This document shows positions 56,564 to 64,000 of a DNA stretch of 64,000 nucleotides, in pieces. Position numbers and translations under genes: made by a program. The stretch's first letter is position 1, and each line of letters begins with the position of its first letter. Source of the DNA: Candidatus Saccharimonadales bacterium. Its GTDB lineage: Bacteria; Patescibacteriota; Saccharimonadia; QS-5-54-17. Under the pieces are notes generated by a model. The model was not told the DNA's origin. It saw only the letters and a list, made by a program, of their open reading frames with translations, and searched no databases. The stretch is taken from positions 518,038 through 582,037 of the forward strand of contig JBBDUI010000002.1 in NCBI GenBank assembly GCA_040903985.1, read 5' to 3'.

Positions 56564-57715
56564 ATGATTTACCTCGATCATGCCGCCGCCACTCCACTGG
56601 ACGACAGGGTACGAGCGGCCATGCAGCCTTTCGAGCAAGCTAGGTTCTTTAACCCGTCGGCTATTTATACGGCTGCCCGACAGGTGCGGGAAGAGGTCGA
56701 CGGTTTCCGGCGCCAAATTGCCGGACAGTTAGGCGCTAAACCAAGTGAGGTTATCTTCACTGCTGGGGCAACAGAGAGTATTAACCTAGCGGTAGCCGGA
56801 ACGACTCGCGCCCATCCAGGCTCTACGGTGGCGGTGAGCGCTATCGAGCATAAAGCGGTACGAGTGAGTGGGACCGGCTATGCAGAGAAAGTGATCGCAC
56901 TGCCCGTACGAAGTGACGGCCGCTTGCAGTTGGAAGAGATAGCTACTGGTATCACAGATGAAGTAGTGCTAATTAGTGTAGCGCTAGTTAACGGCGAAGT
57001 CGGGGTCATCCAGTCGTTAAGCAAGATAGCGGCGCTCCTGCAGGATATTCGGCTCGAGCGACAGCAGCGAGGGGTATCTCGACCGTTATTTCTCCACAGC
57101 GATGCCTCTCAGGCACCAGAGTATATCGATATCCAGGTACAAAAACTTGGAGTGGATCTGCTGACACTCAACGGAGGAAAAATCTACGGACCTAAGCAGT
57201 CGGGGATTCTCTACGTGCGGCACGGTATTGAGCTAGCGCCGCTTATCTACGGCGGCGGCCAGGAACGAGGCTTAAGGGGTGGTACTGAGAGTGTAGCTGC
57301 GCTGGCTGGTTTTGCTACTGCTCTAGAGATTGCCCAGGCCGGGCAGCGCTCGGAAGCGCAGCGGCAGACGGCCCTACAGCGACAGTTATTGCAAGGACTC
57401 AGCACTATTGCAGATACCGAAGTCAATGGTAGCCTGAAGCATCGTATCCCGGGTAATGTAAATGTCAGCTTCCGCGGGGTTAATGGAGAGATGTTAGTGC
57501 ACCATCTCGATACACACGGAATCCTGGCCGCGACGGGTGCTGCCTGTAATGCCGGTGGCACCGAACCCAGTGCTACGCTCATGGCTCTCGGTTGTGACAA
57601 GGATCGACTTACCGGCTCTTTACGGTTTAGCCTCGGCCGCAGCACAACTACGGCAGACATAAATACGCTACTGACCGTACTGCATGAGCTAGTGCCCAAA
57701 CTTCGCCAGCGGTAG
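56564..57715 (+). CDS. cysteine desulfurase (IscS/NifS type)
   Basis: IYLDHAAATP, FTAGATES, HSDASQA, KIYGPK, TGAAC. Confidence 0.92.
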   Translation: MIYLDHAAATPLDDRVRAAMQPFEQARFFNPSAIYTAARQVREEVDGFRRQIAGQLGAKPSEVIFTAGATESINLAVAGTTRAHPGSTVAVSAIEHKAVRVSGTGYAEKVIALPVRSDGRLQLEEIATGITDEVVLISVALVNGEVGVIQSLSKIAALLQDIRLERQQRGVSRPLFLHSDASQAPEYIDIQVQKLGVDLLTLNGGKIYGPKQSGILYVRHGIELAPLIYGGGQERGLRGGTESVAALAGFATALEIAQAGQRSEAQRQTALQRQLLQGLSTIADTEVNGSLKHRIPGNVNVSFRGVNGEMLVHHLDTHGILAATGAACNAGGTEPSATLMALGCDKDRLTGSLRFSLGRSTTTADINTLLTVLHELVPKLRQR

Positions 57716-57737
57716 TTCGGTTGCTATACTTAGGCTT

Positions 57738-58310
57738 ATGCATTGGCTTTTATACGTAGCAGGAATTTTCCTCTGTCTCTTAGGTTTACTTATCGGGGTC
57801 GGAGTCTACATCTCACCGAAAGACGATCTGCGTCAGAGCGACTTAATCGTGGTGGTCAGCGGTGGCGATACTAAGGCTCGGACCGACGAGGCGATTAAAC
57901 TCTATCATGCCGGCTGGGCGCCGCGATTACTCTTTTCTGGAGCCGCTCTAGATCCGAGTAGCCGTTCGAATGCTGCCGAGATGCGGGAAATCGCGATTGA
58001 GGCCGAGGTGCCACCAGATGCGATCTTAGTAGAAGAAGATTCGGATAATACTCGCGAGAATGCCATTATGTCATCTCGGCTGATTGCAGCGTTGGAAGAT
58101 GAAATGGTGATACTGGTAACCTCTCCGTATCACCAGCGCCGGACTTTTATCGAATTTCGGAACCAGCTAGGGGAGACAGTAGAGATTATCAATCATCCGG
58201 CACCGGATGAGCGTTGGAGTCGTCGTTTCTGGTGGCGCACTCCTTATGGCTGGTATCTCACTACTAGTGAGCTACCAAAAGTGCTCTACGCCCTCTCCCA
58301 AAGTCGCTGA
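57738..58310 (+). CDS. YdcF/DUF218 (ElyC/SanA-like) envelope protein
   Basis: N-terminal TM, IVVVSGG, LLFSG, EEDSDNTRENA, LVTSPYHQRR. Confidence 0.88.
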   Translation: MHWLLYVAGIFLCLLGLLIGVGVYISPKDDLRQSDLIVVVSGGDTKARTDEAIKLYHAGWAPRLLFSGAALDPSSRSNAAEMREIAIEAEVPPDAILVEEDSDNTRENAIMSSRLIAALEDEMVILVTSPYHQRRTFIEFRNQLGETVEIINHPAPDERWSRRFWWRTPYGWYLTTSELPKVLYALSQSR

Positions 58311-58524
58311 TCGTCAACGGCCATAAAGCGTTAGAGCGGCTCAGAAGTGGAGACTACCTACTCTATTTTTAAACAATGGGTGTCCCTGCAGGCAGTGGCA
58401 AGATGACTCAAATAGTGCTGGTGGAAAAAGGGATAGAGGTATACTCGCCAGGTAGACTTGCAAATCTGTGATGACGTTGTAAAACTCCTTACCCCTTCTT
58501 GAAGCCCAGAACATCACCAAATCG

Positions 58525-58560
58525 TCTTCAAAAAGTGTCCGATCGGACACTTTTTGAAGA
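58525..58560. repeat. 36-bp perfect palindrome, copy 2 (REP-like)
   Basis: TCTTCAAAAAGTGTCCGATCGGACACTTTTTGAAGA followed by TAGTTG, as in copy 1. Confidence 0.9.
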
Positions 58561-58661
58561 TAGTTGAGTGTAGCCAGGATAAGCCTGGGGATAAGTCTGT
58601 GGGGGTGTGGTGGGGCGTGGGGTGGCTTGAGAGGTAGGGAAGGGCTACAATAGAGGTCGTT

Positions 58662-59747
58662 ATGAAGAAGATATTTGTCGGTATGAGTGGCGGGGTGGAC
58701 AGTTCGGTAGCTGCTGCATTGCTGCAGCGCGACGGGTACGAGGTGACAGGTGTTTATATGAAGAACTGGACTCAGGATGTCGGCGGGATCGAGTGCTCAT
58801 GGCAGCAGGATCTATCCGACGCTCAGAGCGTGGCCGCTCGTCTCGACATTCCGTTCGAAATTTTCGATTTTGAAACCGAGTATCGCGAGCGGGTGGTCGA
58901 GTATATGGTGGCCGAGTATGAGGCCGGCCTTACCCCGAATCCGGATATCATGTGTAATCAAGAGGTGAAGTTCAAGCTGTTCTTGGAGACGGCTCTCGCG
59001 CGGGGAGCCGACGGCATCGCCACTGGCCACTACGCCCGCACCCGTAACGGTCAGCTCTATGCCGGAGTAGACGAGAGTAAGGACCAGAGTTACTTTCTCT
59101 ACCGAGTCAGTATGGCTGCACTCAGACAAAGTCTATTCCCTCTAGGCGAGATGCAGAAGTCAGAAGTACGCCGCCTGGCGGCGGAGCTAGAGCTGGCGAC
59201 AGCGGCGAAGCCGGACTCTCAGGGTATCTGTTTTATCGGCGAGGTTAGTATCAAGGAATTCCTGCAGCAGTACATCGACACCACCCCGGGTCCGATTAAA
59301 CATATCGATGGGCGTGTCCTTGGTCAGCACGAAGGAGCCGCGCTCTACACTATCGGGCAGCGCCACGGTCTAGATGTGGGCGGAGCGCTGCTGGACGCTA
59401 AACTAGGCGGCGGTTTACCGCTGTATGTTGTGAGCAAGGATATGGCTAGTAACACCGTATACGTGACGGAGAATCTAACCGCGCTAATGCAAGATGAACT
59501 AACAATCGATAACCTACACTGGATCGACACTATCCCCCAGCCCGATCATCCCTATCTGGTTCGTACCCGTCACCGCGGTCAATTAATCCCGTCCCACTTT
59601 ACCGATTTAGCCAAAGCACGGGCTCAACTTAAGCTGTCTGAGCCTGAGCGAGCATTAACTGCTGGGCAGTCAGCTGTAATCTATACTGAAACAGATCAGG
59701 GCCTAAAGGTAATCGGCGGCGGAGTAATAGCTGCTCTATCGGGGTAG
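58662..59747 (+). CDS. mnmA: tRNA 2-thiouridylase
   Basis: GMSGGVDSSV, TPNPDIMCN, ATGHY, KDQSYFL, DSQGICF, YTIGQR. Confidence 0.96.
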   Translation: MKKIFVGMSGGVDSSVAAALLQRDGYEVTGVYMKNWTQDVGGIECSWQQDLSDAQSVAARLDIPFEIFDFETEYRERVVEYMVAEYEAGLTPNPDIMCNQEVKFKLFLETALARGADGIATGHYARTRNGQLYAGVDESKDQSYFLYRVSMAALRQSLFPLGEMQKSEVRRLAAELELATAAKPDSQGICFIGEVSIKEFLQQYIDTTPGPIKHIDGRVLGQHEGAALYTIGQRHGLDVGGALLDAKLGGGLPLYVVSKDMASNTVYVTENLTALMQDELTIDNLHWIDTIPQPDHPYLVRTRHRGQLIPSHFTDLAKARAQLKLSEPERALTAGQSAVIYTETDQGLKVIGGGVIAALSG

Positions 59748-59811
59748 GCTAGCCCTTCTGTCTCGTCTCACTGTAGTTCGACTAAGTAAATACCTAGTAG
59801 CTGAGAGTTGT

Positions 59812-59854
59812 GCTGTATCGTTTATACTCACGATCGTGAGATAAACGATACAGC
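59812..59854. repeat. 43-bp near-perfect palindrome upstream of alaS
   Basis: GCTGTATCGTTTAT-a-CTCACGATCGTGAG-ATAAACGATACAGC. Confidence 0.85.
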
Positions 59855-59905
59855 TTCCTACGAGTGGTTTTGCGCCAGGAGTAAAACAACGCTACAATTA
59901 CAGGG

Positions 59906-61789
59906 ATGAATACTCAGGAAATCCGGCGTAAATATTTAGATTTTTTTGCTGCTAGCCAGCACACCGTTATCCCGCGGGCTAATCTAGTGCCGCAGGATGA
60001 TGCCACTACGCTTTTCACCGGTTCCGGGATGCAGCCACTACTACCTTATCTATTAGGTGCGGAGCATCCGGCGGGCAGTCGTCTGGTCAATTCCCAGACT
60101 TGTCTGCGCGCCGAGGACATCGAGGAGGTAGGGGACAATCGCCACACCACCTTTTTCGAGATGTTGGGTAATTGGAGTTTAGGCGATTACTTTAAGCCGG
60201 AACAGCTACCGTGGTTTTTCGAATTTTTAGTGGATGTGGTCGGTCTAGATCCGGAGCGACTCTACGTTACTGCCTTTATCGGGGACACTACGTATGATAT
60301 ACCCCGAGATACTGAGGCAGCTGAGATCTGGCAACAGCTCTTTGCGAGCAAAGACATCGAAGCGAAGGTAGCAGATATCGGTTCTGAGGCCGACGGGGCT
60401 AAGCGCGGTATACAGACCGGCGAACGGATTTTCTATTATGATGGCAGTAAGAACTGGTGGACTCGAGCTGGAAATATCGCCTCAATGCCTGAAGGTGAGC
60501 CGGGCGGTCCTGATTCGGAAGTGTTTTACGAGTTCGTTGATATCGAACATGATGAGACTTTTGGTCAGCACTGCCACCCTAACTGCGACTGTGGGCGCTT
60601 TTTAGAGATCGGTAACTCCGTCTTTATGCAGTATGTGAAGACGGCCGATGGATTTGCTGAACTACCGAAACGCAATGTCGATTTCGGTGGTGGGCTGGAG
60701 CGAATTGCTGCTGCTAGCATGGATAATCCCGACGTCTTTAGCATTAGTTTGCTTAAACCCATCATCACCGGTCTAGAAGAGATAAGTGGCAAAAAATATA
60801 CAGAAGCCACCACAGCGATGCGTGTGATTGCCGATCACCTGCGAGCCTCGGTTTTTCTCGCTTTAGATGGCGTGGCACCGAGCAATAAAGAGCAGGGTTA
60901 CGTGATGCGACGGCTGATGCGGCGGGCGATTCGCTTCGCTTTCGATCTCGAGATCGACAATGATCTTATATCTCGAACGGTCCCCCTTATTATCACTGCT
61001 TATGAAGCTGATTTTTCAGAGTTAGCTGAGCGCAAACAGCAGATTATCGAGTTAATGATGAATGAAGAACGAGTATTTCGCCAAACGTTGCGTAAAGGGA
61101 TTAGAGAGTTTGATAAATTAGCTACGACTGCACTTAATGGCGAACTAATCTTTAAACTTTACGATACTTATGGCTTTCCACCTGAGCTCTCAACCGAGGA
61201 AGCCAAGCAGCGTGGTGTTAAGTTGTCGCCTAATTGGTCGGCTGAGTTTGAGACCAGTCTCGAGGAGCAACGCCAGCGGTCCCGGACTGCGACTAAAGGC
61301 CAGTTTAAGGGTGGCTTAGGTGGCGAAGACGAGATGCACAAGCAGTACCACACCGCTACCCACCTGATGTACCGCGCTCTACGTGAAGTATTAGGCGATC
61401 ATGTAGTACAGAAAGGCTCGAACATCACTGATGAGCGACTGCGGTTCGACTTCACTCATCCAGAGAAGCTGACGGATGATGAGCGGCAGCGCATCGAGGA
61501 GATCGTTAACCAGCGTATCGAGATGGATCTAAACGTGACATGGGAAGAGTTGCCGACCGATCAAGCACTAGGGCAGGGGGCGTATGGCGCTTTCGGCGAT
61601 ACCTATGGGGATAAAGTGAAGGTTTATTCGATGCAGGATGAAGATGGCGAAAAGTATAGTTTTGAAATTTGTGGTGGGCCACACGTCGATCGTACTAGTG
61701 AGCTCGCTAAGGGTGGTAAGCGGTTTAAGATTACTAAGGAAGAGTCGTCTTCCGCCGGTGTACGCCGGATTAAGGCCGTACTAAGCTAA
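59906..61789 (+). CDS. alaS: alanine--tRNA ligase (lacks the C-Ala domain)
   Basis: LFTGSGMQP, HTTFFEMLGNWS, DFGGGLER, HTATHL, CGGPHV; ends at GVRRIKA. Confidence 0.95.
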   Translation: MNTQEIRRKYLDFFAASQHTVIPRANLVPQDDATTLFTGSGMQPLLPYLLGAEHPAGSRLVNSQTCLRAEDIEEVGDNRHTTFFEMLGNWSLGDYFKPEQLPWFFEFLVDVVGLDPERLYVTAFIGDTTYDIPRDTEAAEIWQQLFASKDIEAKVADIGSEADGAKRGIQTGERIFYYDGSKNWWTRAGNIASMPEGEPGGPDSEVFYEFVDIEHDETFGQHCHPNCDCGRFLEIGNSVFMQYVKTADGFAELPKRNVDFGGGLERIAAASMDNPDVFSISLLKPIITGLEEISGKKYTEATTAMRVIADHLRASVFLALDGVAPSNKEQGYVMRRLMRRAIRFAFDLEIDNDLISRTVPLIITAYEADFSELAERKQQIIELMMNEERVFRQTLRKGIREFDKLATTALNGELIFKLYDTYGFPPELSTEEAKQRGVKLSPNWSAEFETSLEEQRQRSRTATKGQFKGGLGGEDEMHKQYHTATHLMYRALREVLGDHVVQKGSNITDERLRFDFTHPEKLTDDERQRIEEIVNQRIEMDLNVTWEELPTDQALGQGAYGAFGDTYGDKVKVYSMQDEDGEKYSFEICGGPHVDRTSELAKGGKRFKITKEESSSAGVRRIKAVLS

Positions 61790-62310
61790 GTATCAAGCTG
61801 GGAGCGAAGGGCGGCGGCTACTAGGTCTTTAAACCCTTTGGCCTGTGGATCGGTGTCGACATTCCAGCGCTGATTTAGATCGTACATGTGGCCAAACTGG
61901 GGGTCCGCAAATTCATGACCAGCGAATTCAACACTGCGCTCGTAGCGCGGACGCATATGGTAGTGCAGGTGTGGCTTGGGCTCTTTCGCCTGGAAGGCGT
62001 CATTACCCAGTTCGGTCCAGTTGCACATTCGAGCTCCGAAGACCTGAAGCACAGCCGATTCCAGATCGACTTTTAGGTAGTGGAAGGCTAGAACTTCAGC
62101 CTCACTTAGATCCGCCTCACTATCTATATGTCGAGTAGGCATGACTAGACAGCGACCTAAGTAGCCTTGGTCACGCGAAACTAATATTTGCCACCCAGCT
62201 CGTCGACAGATTAAGCCATCGGTCTGGTCGAGCACTTCTTCGCAAATAATACAGCCCGGCTCCCGCTCAGGCGGTAGTGGTTGGTTGTGTAATGATTCTT
62301 TTGCCTGCAT
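61786..62310 (-). CDS. HIT-family hydrolase
   Basis: CIIC, YLGRCLV, ELGN…PHLHYHMRPRY. Confidence 0.85.
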   Translation of the reverse strand: MQAKESLHNQPLPPEREPGCIICEEVLDQTDGLICRRAGWQILVSRDQGYLGRCLVMPTRHIDSEADLSEAEVLAFHYLKVDLESAVLQVFGARMCNWTELGNDAFQAKEPKPHLHYHMRPRYERSVEFAGHEFADPQFGHMYDLNQRWNVDTDPQAKGFKDLVAAALRSQLDT

Positions 62311-62377
62311 ATTTTAGTTAGTCTATCATGTCGGCCGGCTACATAACTCTAGTGGTTATGCTAAAATAGCCGTAGCT

Positions 62378-63643
62378 ATGCTTGCCAAACTGAAACAACG
62401 ATTTAATAAAAAACCGACCGATCGCCACATTGTGGCACTCGACATCGGTACCGAGTACGTTAAGGCGCTGATTGCCCGTGTCGTAACCGATGCTGAAAGC
62501 GGCGAAACTAAGGCGGAGATCATCGGTGTCGGGCGTAAACACCAGGGTTTGAGCGATATGCACTCTGGAGCTATCGCTGATATTGCCGGCGTGGTTAGTA
62601 ATTGTGACACTGCCCTCACTGAGGCGGAGAAGATGGCTGGGGTCAGCGTCGAGGATGCCGTCGTCGGCATCGCCGGTGAATTGGTCAAAGGCAACACTAC
62701 GACGATCAAGTACCGACGCTCGGATGCGAAGAAAGATATCGACAACCGTGAACTGAAAGAGATTATCGAGCAGGTACAACGGCGAGCCCTAGAGCGAGCC
62801 CGGGCTGAACTGGCTTGGGAATCGGGCGTAGAGAATATCGAGATTACGATGGTGAATGCCGCGGTAGTTAACGTTTCGATCGACGGCTACAAAGTGACTA
62901 ATCCGATCGGTTTTCAGGGTAAGGACGTCTCAGTTCAGCTTTTCTGTGCCTTCGCCCCAATGGTGCATATCAGTGCTATCGAGCGGGTAGCCTTAGACCT
63001 CAACCTCAATCTGATAGGGGTGACAGCCGAACCGTTCGCGGTGGCTAAATCGGTTGGAGCCGATGTGAGCGAGAGCTTTAGCGCCATCTTTATCGATGTC
63101 GGTGGAGGTACGACCGATATCGCTCTGGTTAACGATGGCGGCGTGGAAGGGACTAAGATGTTTGGTATCGGTGGAAGGAGTTTCACTACAGCGGTAGCAA
63201 AGGCTCTAGATATCGATTTTGCGGCTGCGGAGAAGCGCAAGTGTGACCTCACTACTGAGTCGAAAGACGAATCGGTTCGCAAATCCCTAGTACCCACCGT
63301 CAAGGTCTGGCTGAGCGGGGTGGAGCTGGCGCTGAGTGAGTTTACCAACATCGATCAGTTGCCGAGCAAGATTCTCCTCTGCGGTGGTGGTTCCGGTCTG
63401 CCTTATGTCCCTCGGGCGTTGATGAGTAAGGCTTGGCGTGAGCAAGTGCCGATAGCTCATGATATTGTAGTGGAGCACATCGATCCGGCTCAGGTTGATC
63501 GGGTAGTAGATACTACCGGCAAGGTTACGGATTATGCCTACATCACTCCGATGGGCCTGTTAAATGTCGGTTTAGATGCTATCACGGCCGAGCCACCGAG
63601 CCAGAAATTTATCAATAAACTTAATCAAGCGATGCAGAGCTAA
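62378..63643 (+). CDS. ftsA: FtsA-family actin-like ATPase
   Basis: ALDIGTEYVK, GAIADI, IDVGGGTTDI, LCGGGSGL. Confidence 0.8.
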   Translation: MLAKLKQRFNKKPTDRHIVALDIGTEYVKALIARVVTDAESGETKAEIIGVGRKHQGLSDMHSGAIADIAGVVSNCDTALTEAEKMAGVSVEDAVVGIAGELVKGNTTTIKYRRSDAKKDIDNRELKEIIEQVQRRALERARAELAWESGVENIEITMVNAAVVNVSIDGYKVTNPIGFQGKDVSVQLFCAFAPMVHISAIERVALDLNLNLIGVTAEPFAVAKSVGADVSESFSAIFIDVGGGTTDIALVNDGGVEGTKMFGIGGRSFTTAVAKALDIDFAAAEKRKCDLTTESKDESVRKSLVPTVKVWLSGVELALSEFTNIDQLPSKILLCGGGSGLPYVPRALMSKAWREQVPIAHDIVVEHIDPAQVDRVVDTTGKVTDYAYITPMGLLNVGLDAITAEPPSQKFINKLNQAMQS

Positions 63644-64000
63644 TGAAGCAGATATATCTCGACAGTGATGACGAAATCACTGAAATCATCTCAAAACTAG
63701 AAGAGCTGAGTGATGAGACTGTGGCTCTAGTACCACCCAAACGTTCGACCGTACTGCAGAGCGTAGTTAATCTCAAGCTACTCAATAAAGCCGCTGCGGC
63801 CGCTGATGTCAGTCTAGTACTGATTACGCGCGATCCAGCTATCTTGAATGTAGCCGCTCAGCTTAAACTGTTGACAGCGCCTAATCTTGAGACCGAACCG
63901 ATTGTGCCCGAGCCAGCTACCTCAGCTCAAGAGATACCGAGCGATACCATCGATGGCACTATCCCTACCGAGTCTGATCTTAACAGTGCCGATAAGGCAG
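63643..64000 (+). CDS. hypothetical protein downstream of ftsA (3' end outside window)
   Basis: TAATG overlap with ftsA; MKQIYLDSDDEITEIISKL…LQSVVNLKLL… frame stays open to the window end. Confidence 0.75.
   Translation, partial: MKQIYLDSDDEITEIISKLEELSDETVALVPPKRSTVLQSVVNLKLLNKAAAAADVSLVLITRDPAILNVAAQLKLLTAPNLETEPIVPEPATSAQEIPSDTIDGTIPTESDLNSADKA

Noticed and set aside
58341-58550. 69-aa minus-strand ORF as a transposase remnant beside the palindrome
   Set aside because: It starts inside the palindrome, and I found no HUH or other transposase motif in the frames I read.
58596-58626. MraZ-type GTGGG boxes or DnaA boxes
   Set aside because: Spacing is irregular rather than 10-bp periodic, matches to TTATCCACA are poor, and no mraZ or dnaA is adjacent.
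59748-59905. T-box riboswitch upstream of alaS
   Set aside because: No T-box consensus (AGGGTGGNACCGCG), and alaS looks leaderless (TACAAT 7 nt before the ATG).
59906-61789. alaS (and short metG, hrcA) as pseudogenes
   Set aside because: Frames are intact with all catalytic motifs; the losses are whole accessory domains, as expected in streamlined genomes.
3192-63478. Many antisense or frame-shifted ORFs in the track (e.g. 11757..12296, 57247..57699, 62339..62779)
   Set aside because: They lie within well-supported genes and show no motifs; they are shadow ORFs.

Overview
A gene-dense bacterial chromosome segment, mostly on the + strand. Several features point to a Patescibacteria/CPR (Saccharibacteria-like) genome: short HrcA, MetG and AlaS, a G5/DUF348 muralytic protein, and an ftsA-like gene followed by a CPR-style ORF. 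This taxonomy is inference. Housekeeping content: tilS-ftsH-murJ-lepA, gmk, a CIRCE-controlled hrcA-grpE-dnaK-(NUDIX)-dnaJ operon, glycogen genes (glgP, glgA, GH57), rimK with its protease, femX-like and murA, folD, umuDC, pyk-pgk-tpiA, pcrA, rsmA, metG-tatD, a cysteine desulfurase, mnmA, alaS and nine tRNA genes. I see no rRNA, CRISPR array, integrase or transposase. Best candidates for something new: (1) a four-gene module of two adenylating enzymes (PaaK-like ligase, Rv1355c-like ThiF) with a multi-TM GAF histidine kinase and a stand-alone receiver, which looks like a small-molecule signal synthase plus receptor; (2) a ~104-nt structured repeat fused right after the CCA of three different tRNAs, with compensatory base changes and mutually exclusive folds; (3) a ~180-bp tRNA-Lys-anchored element with a 27-bp target duplication and an anti-T-arm sequence; (4) CGATCG-centred perfect palindromes; (5) an orphan phage-type DNA hypermodification enzyme; (6) widespread apparently leaderless genes, including an unannotated 28-codon uORF coupled to gmk. 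All product calls come from motif recognition by eye; no database searches were run.
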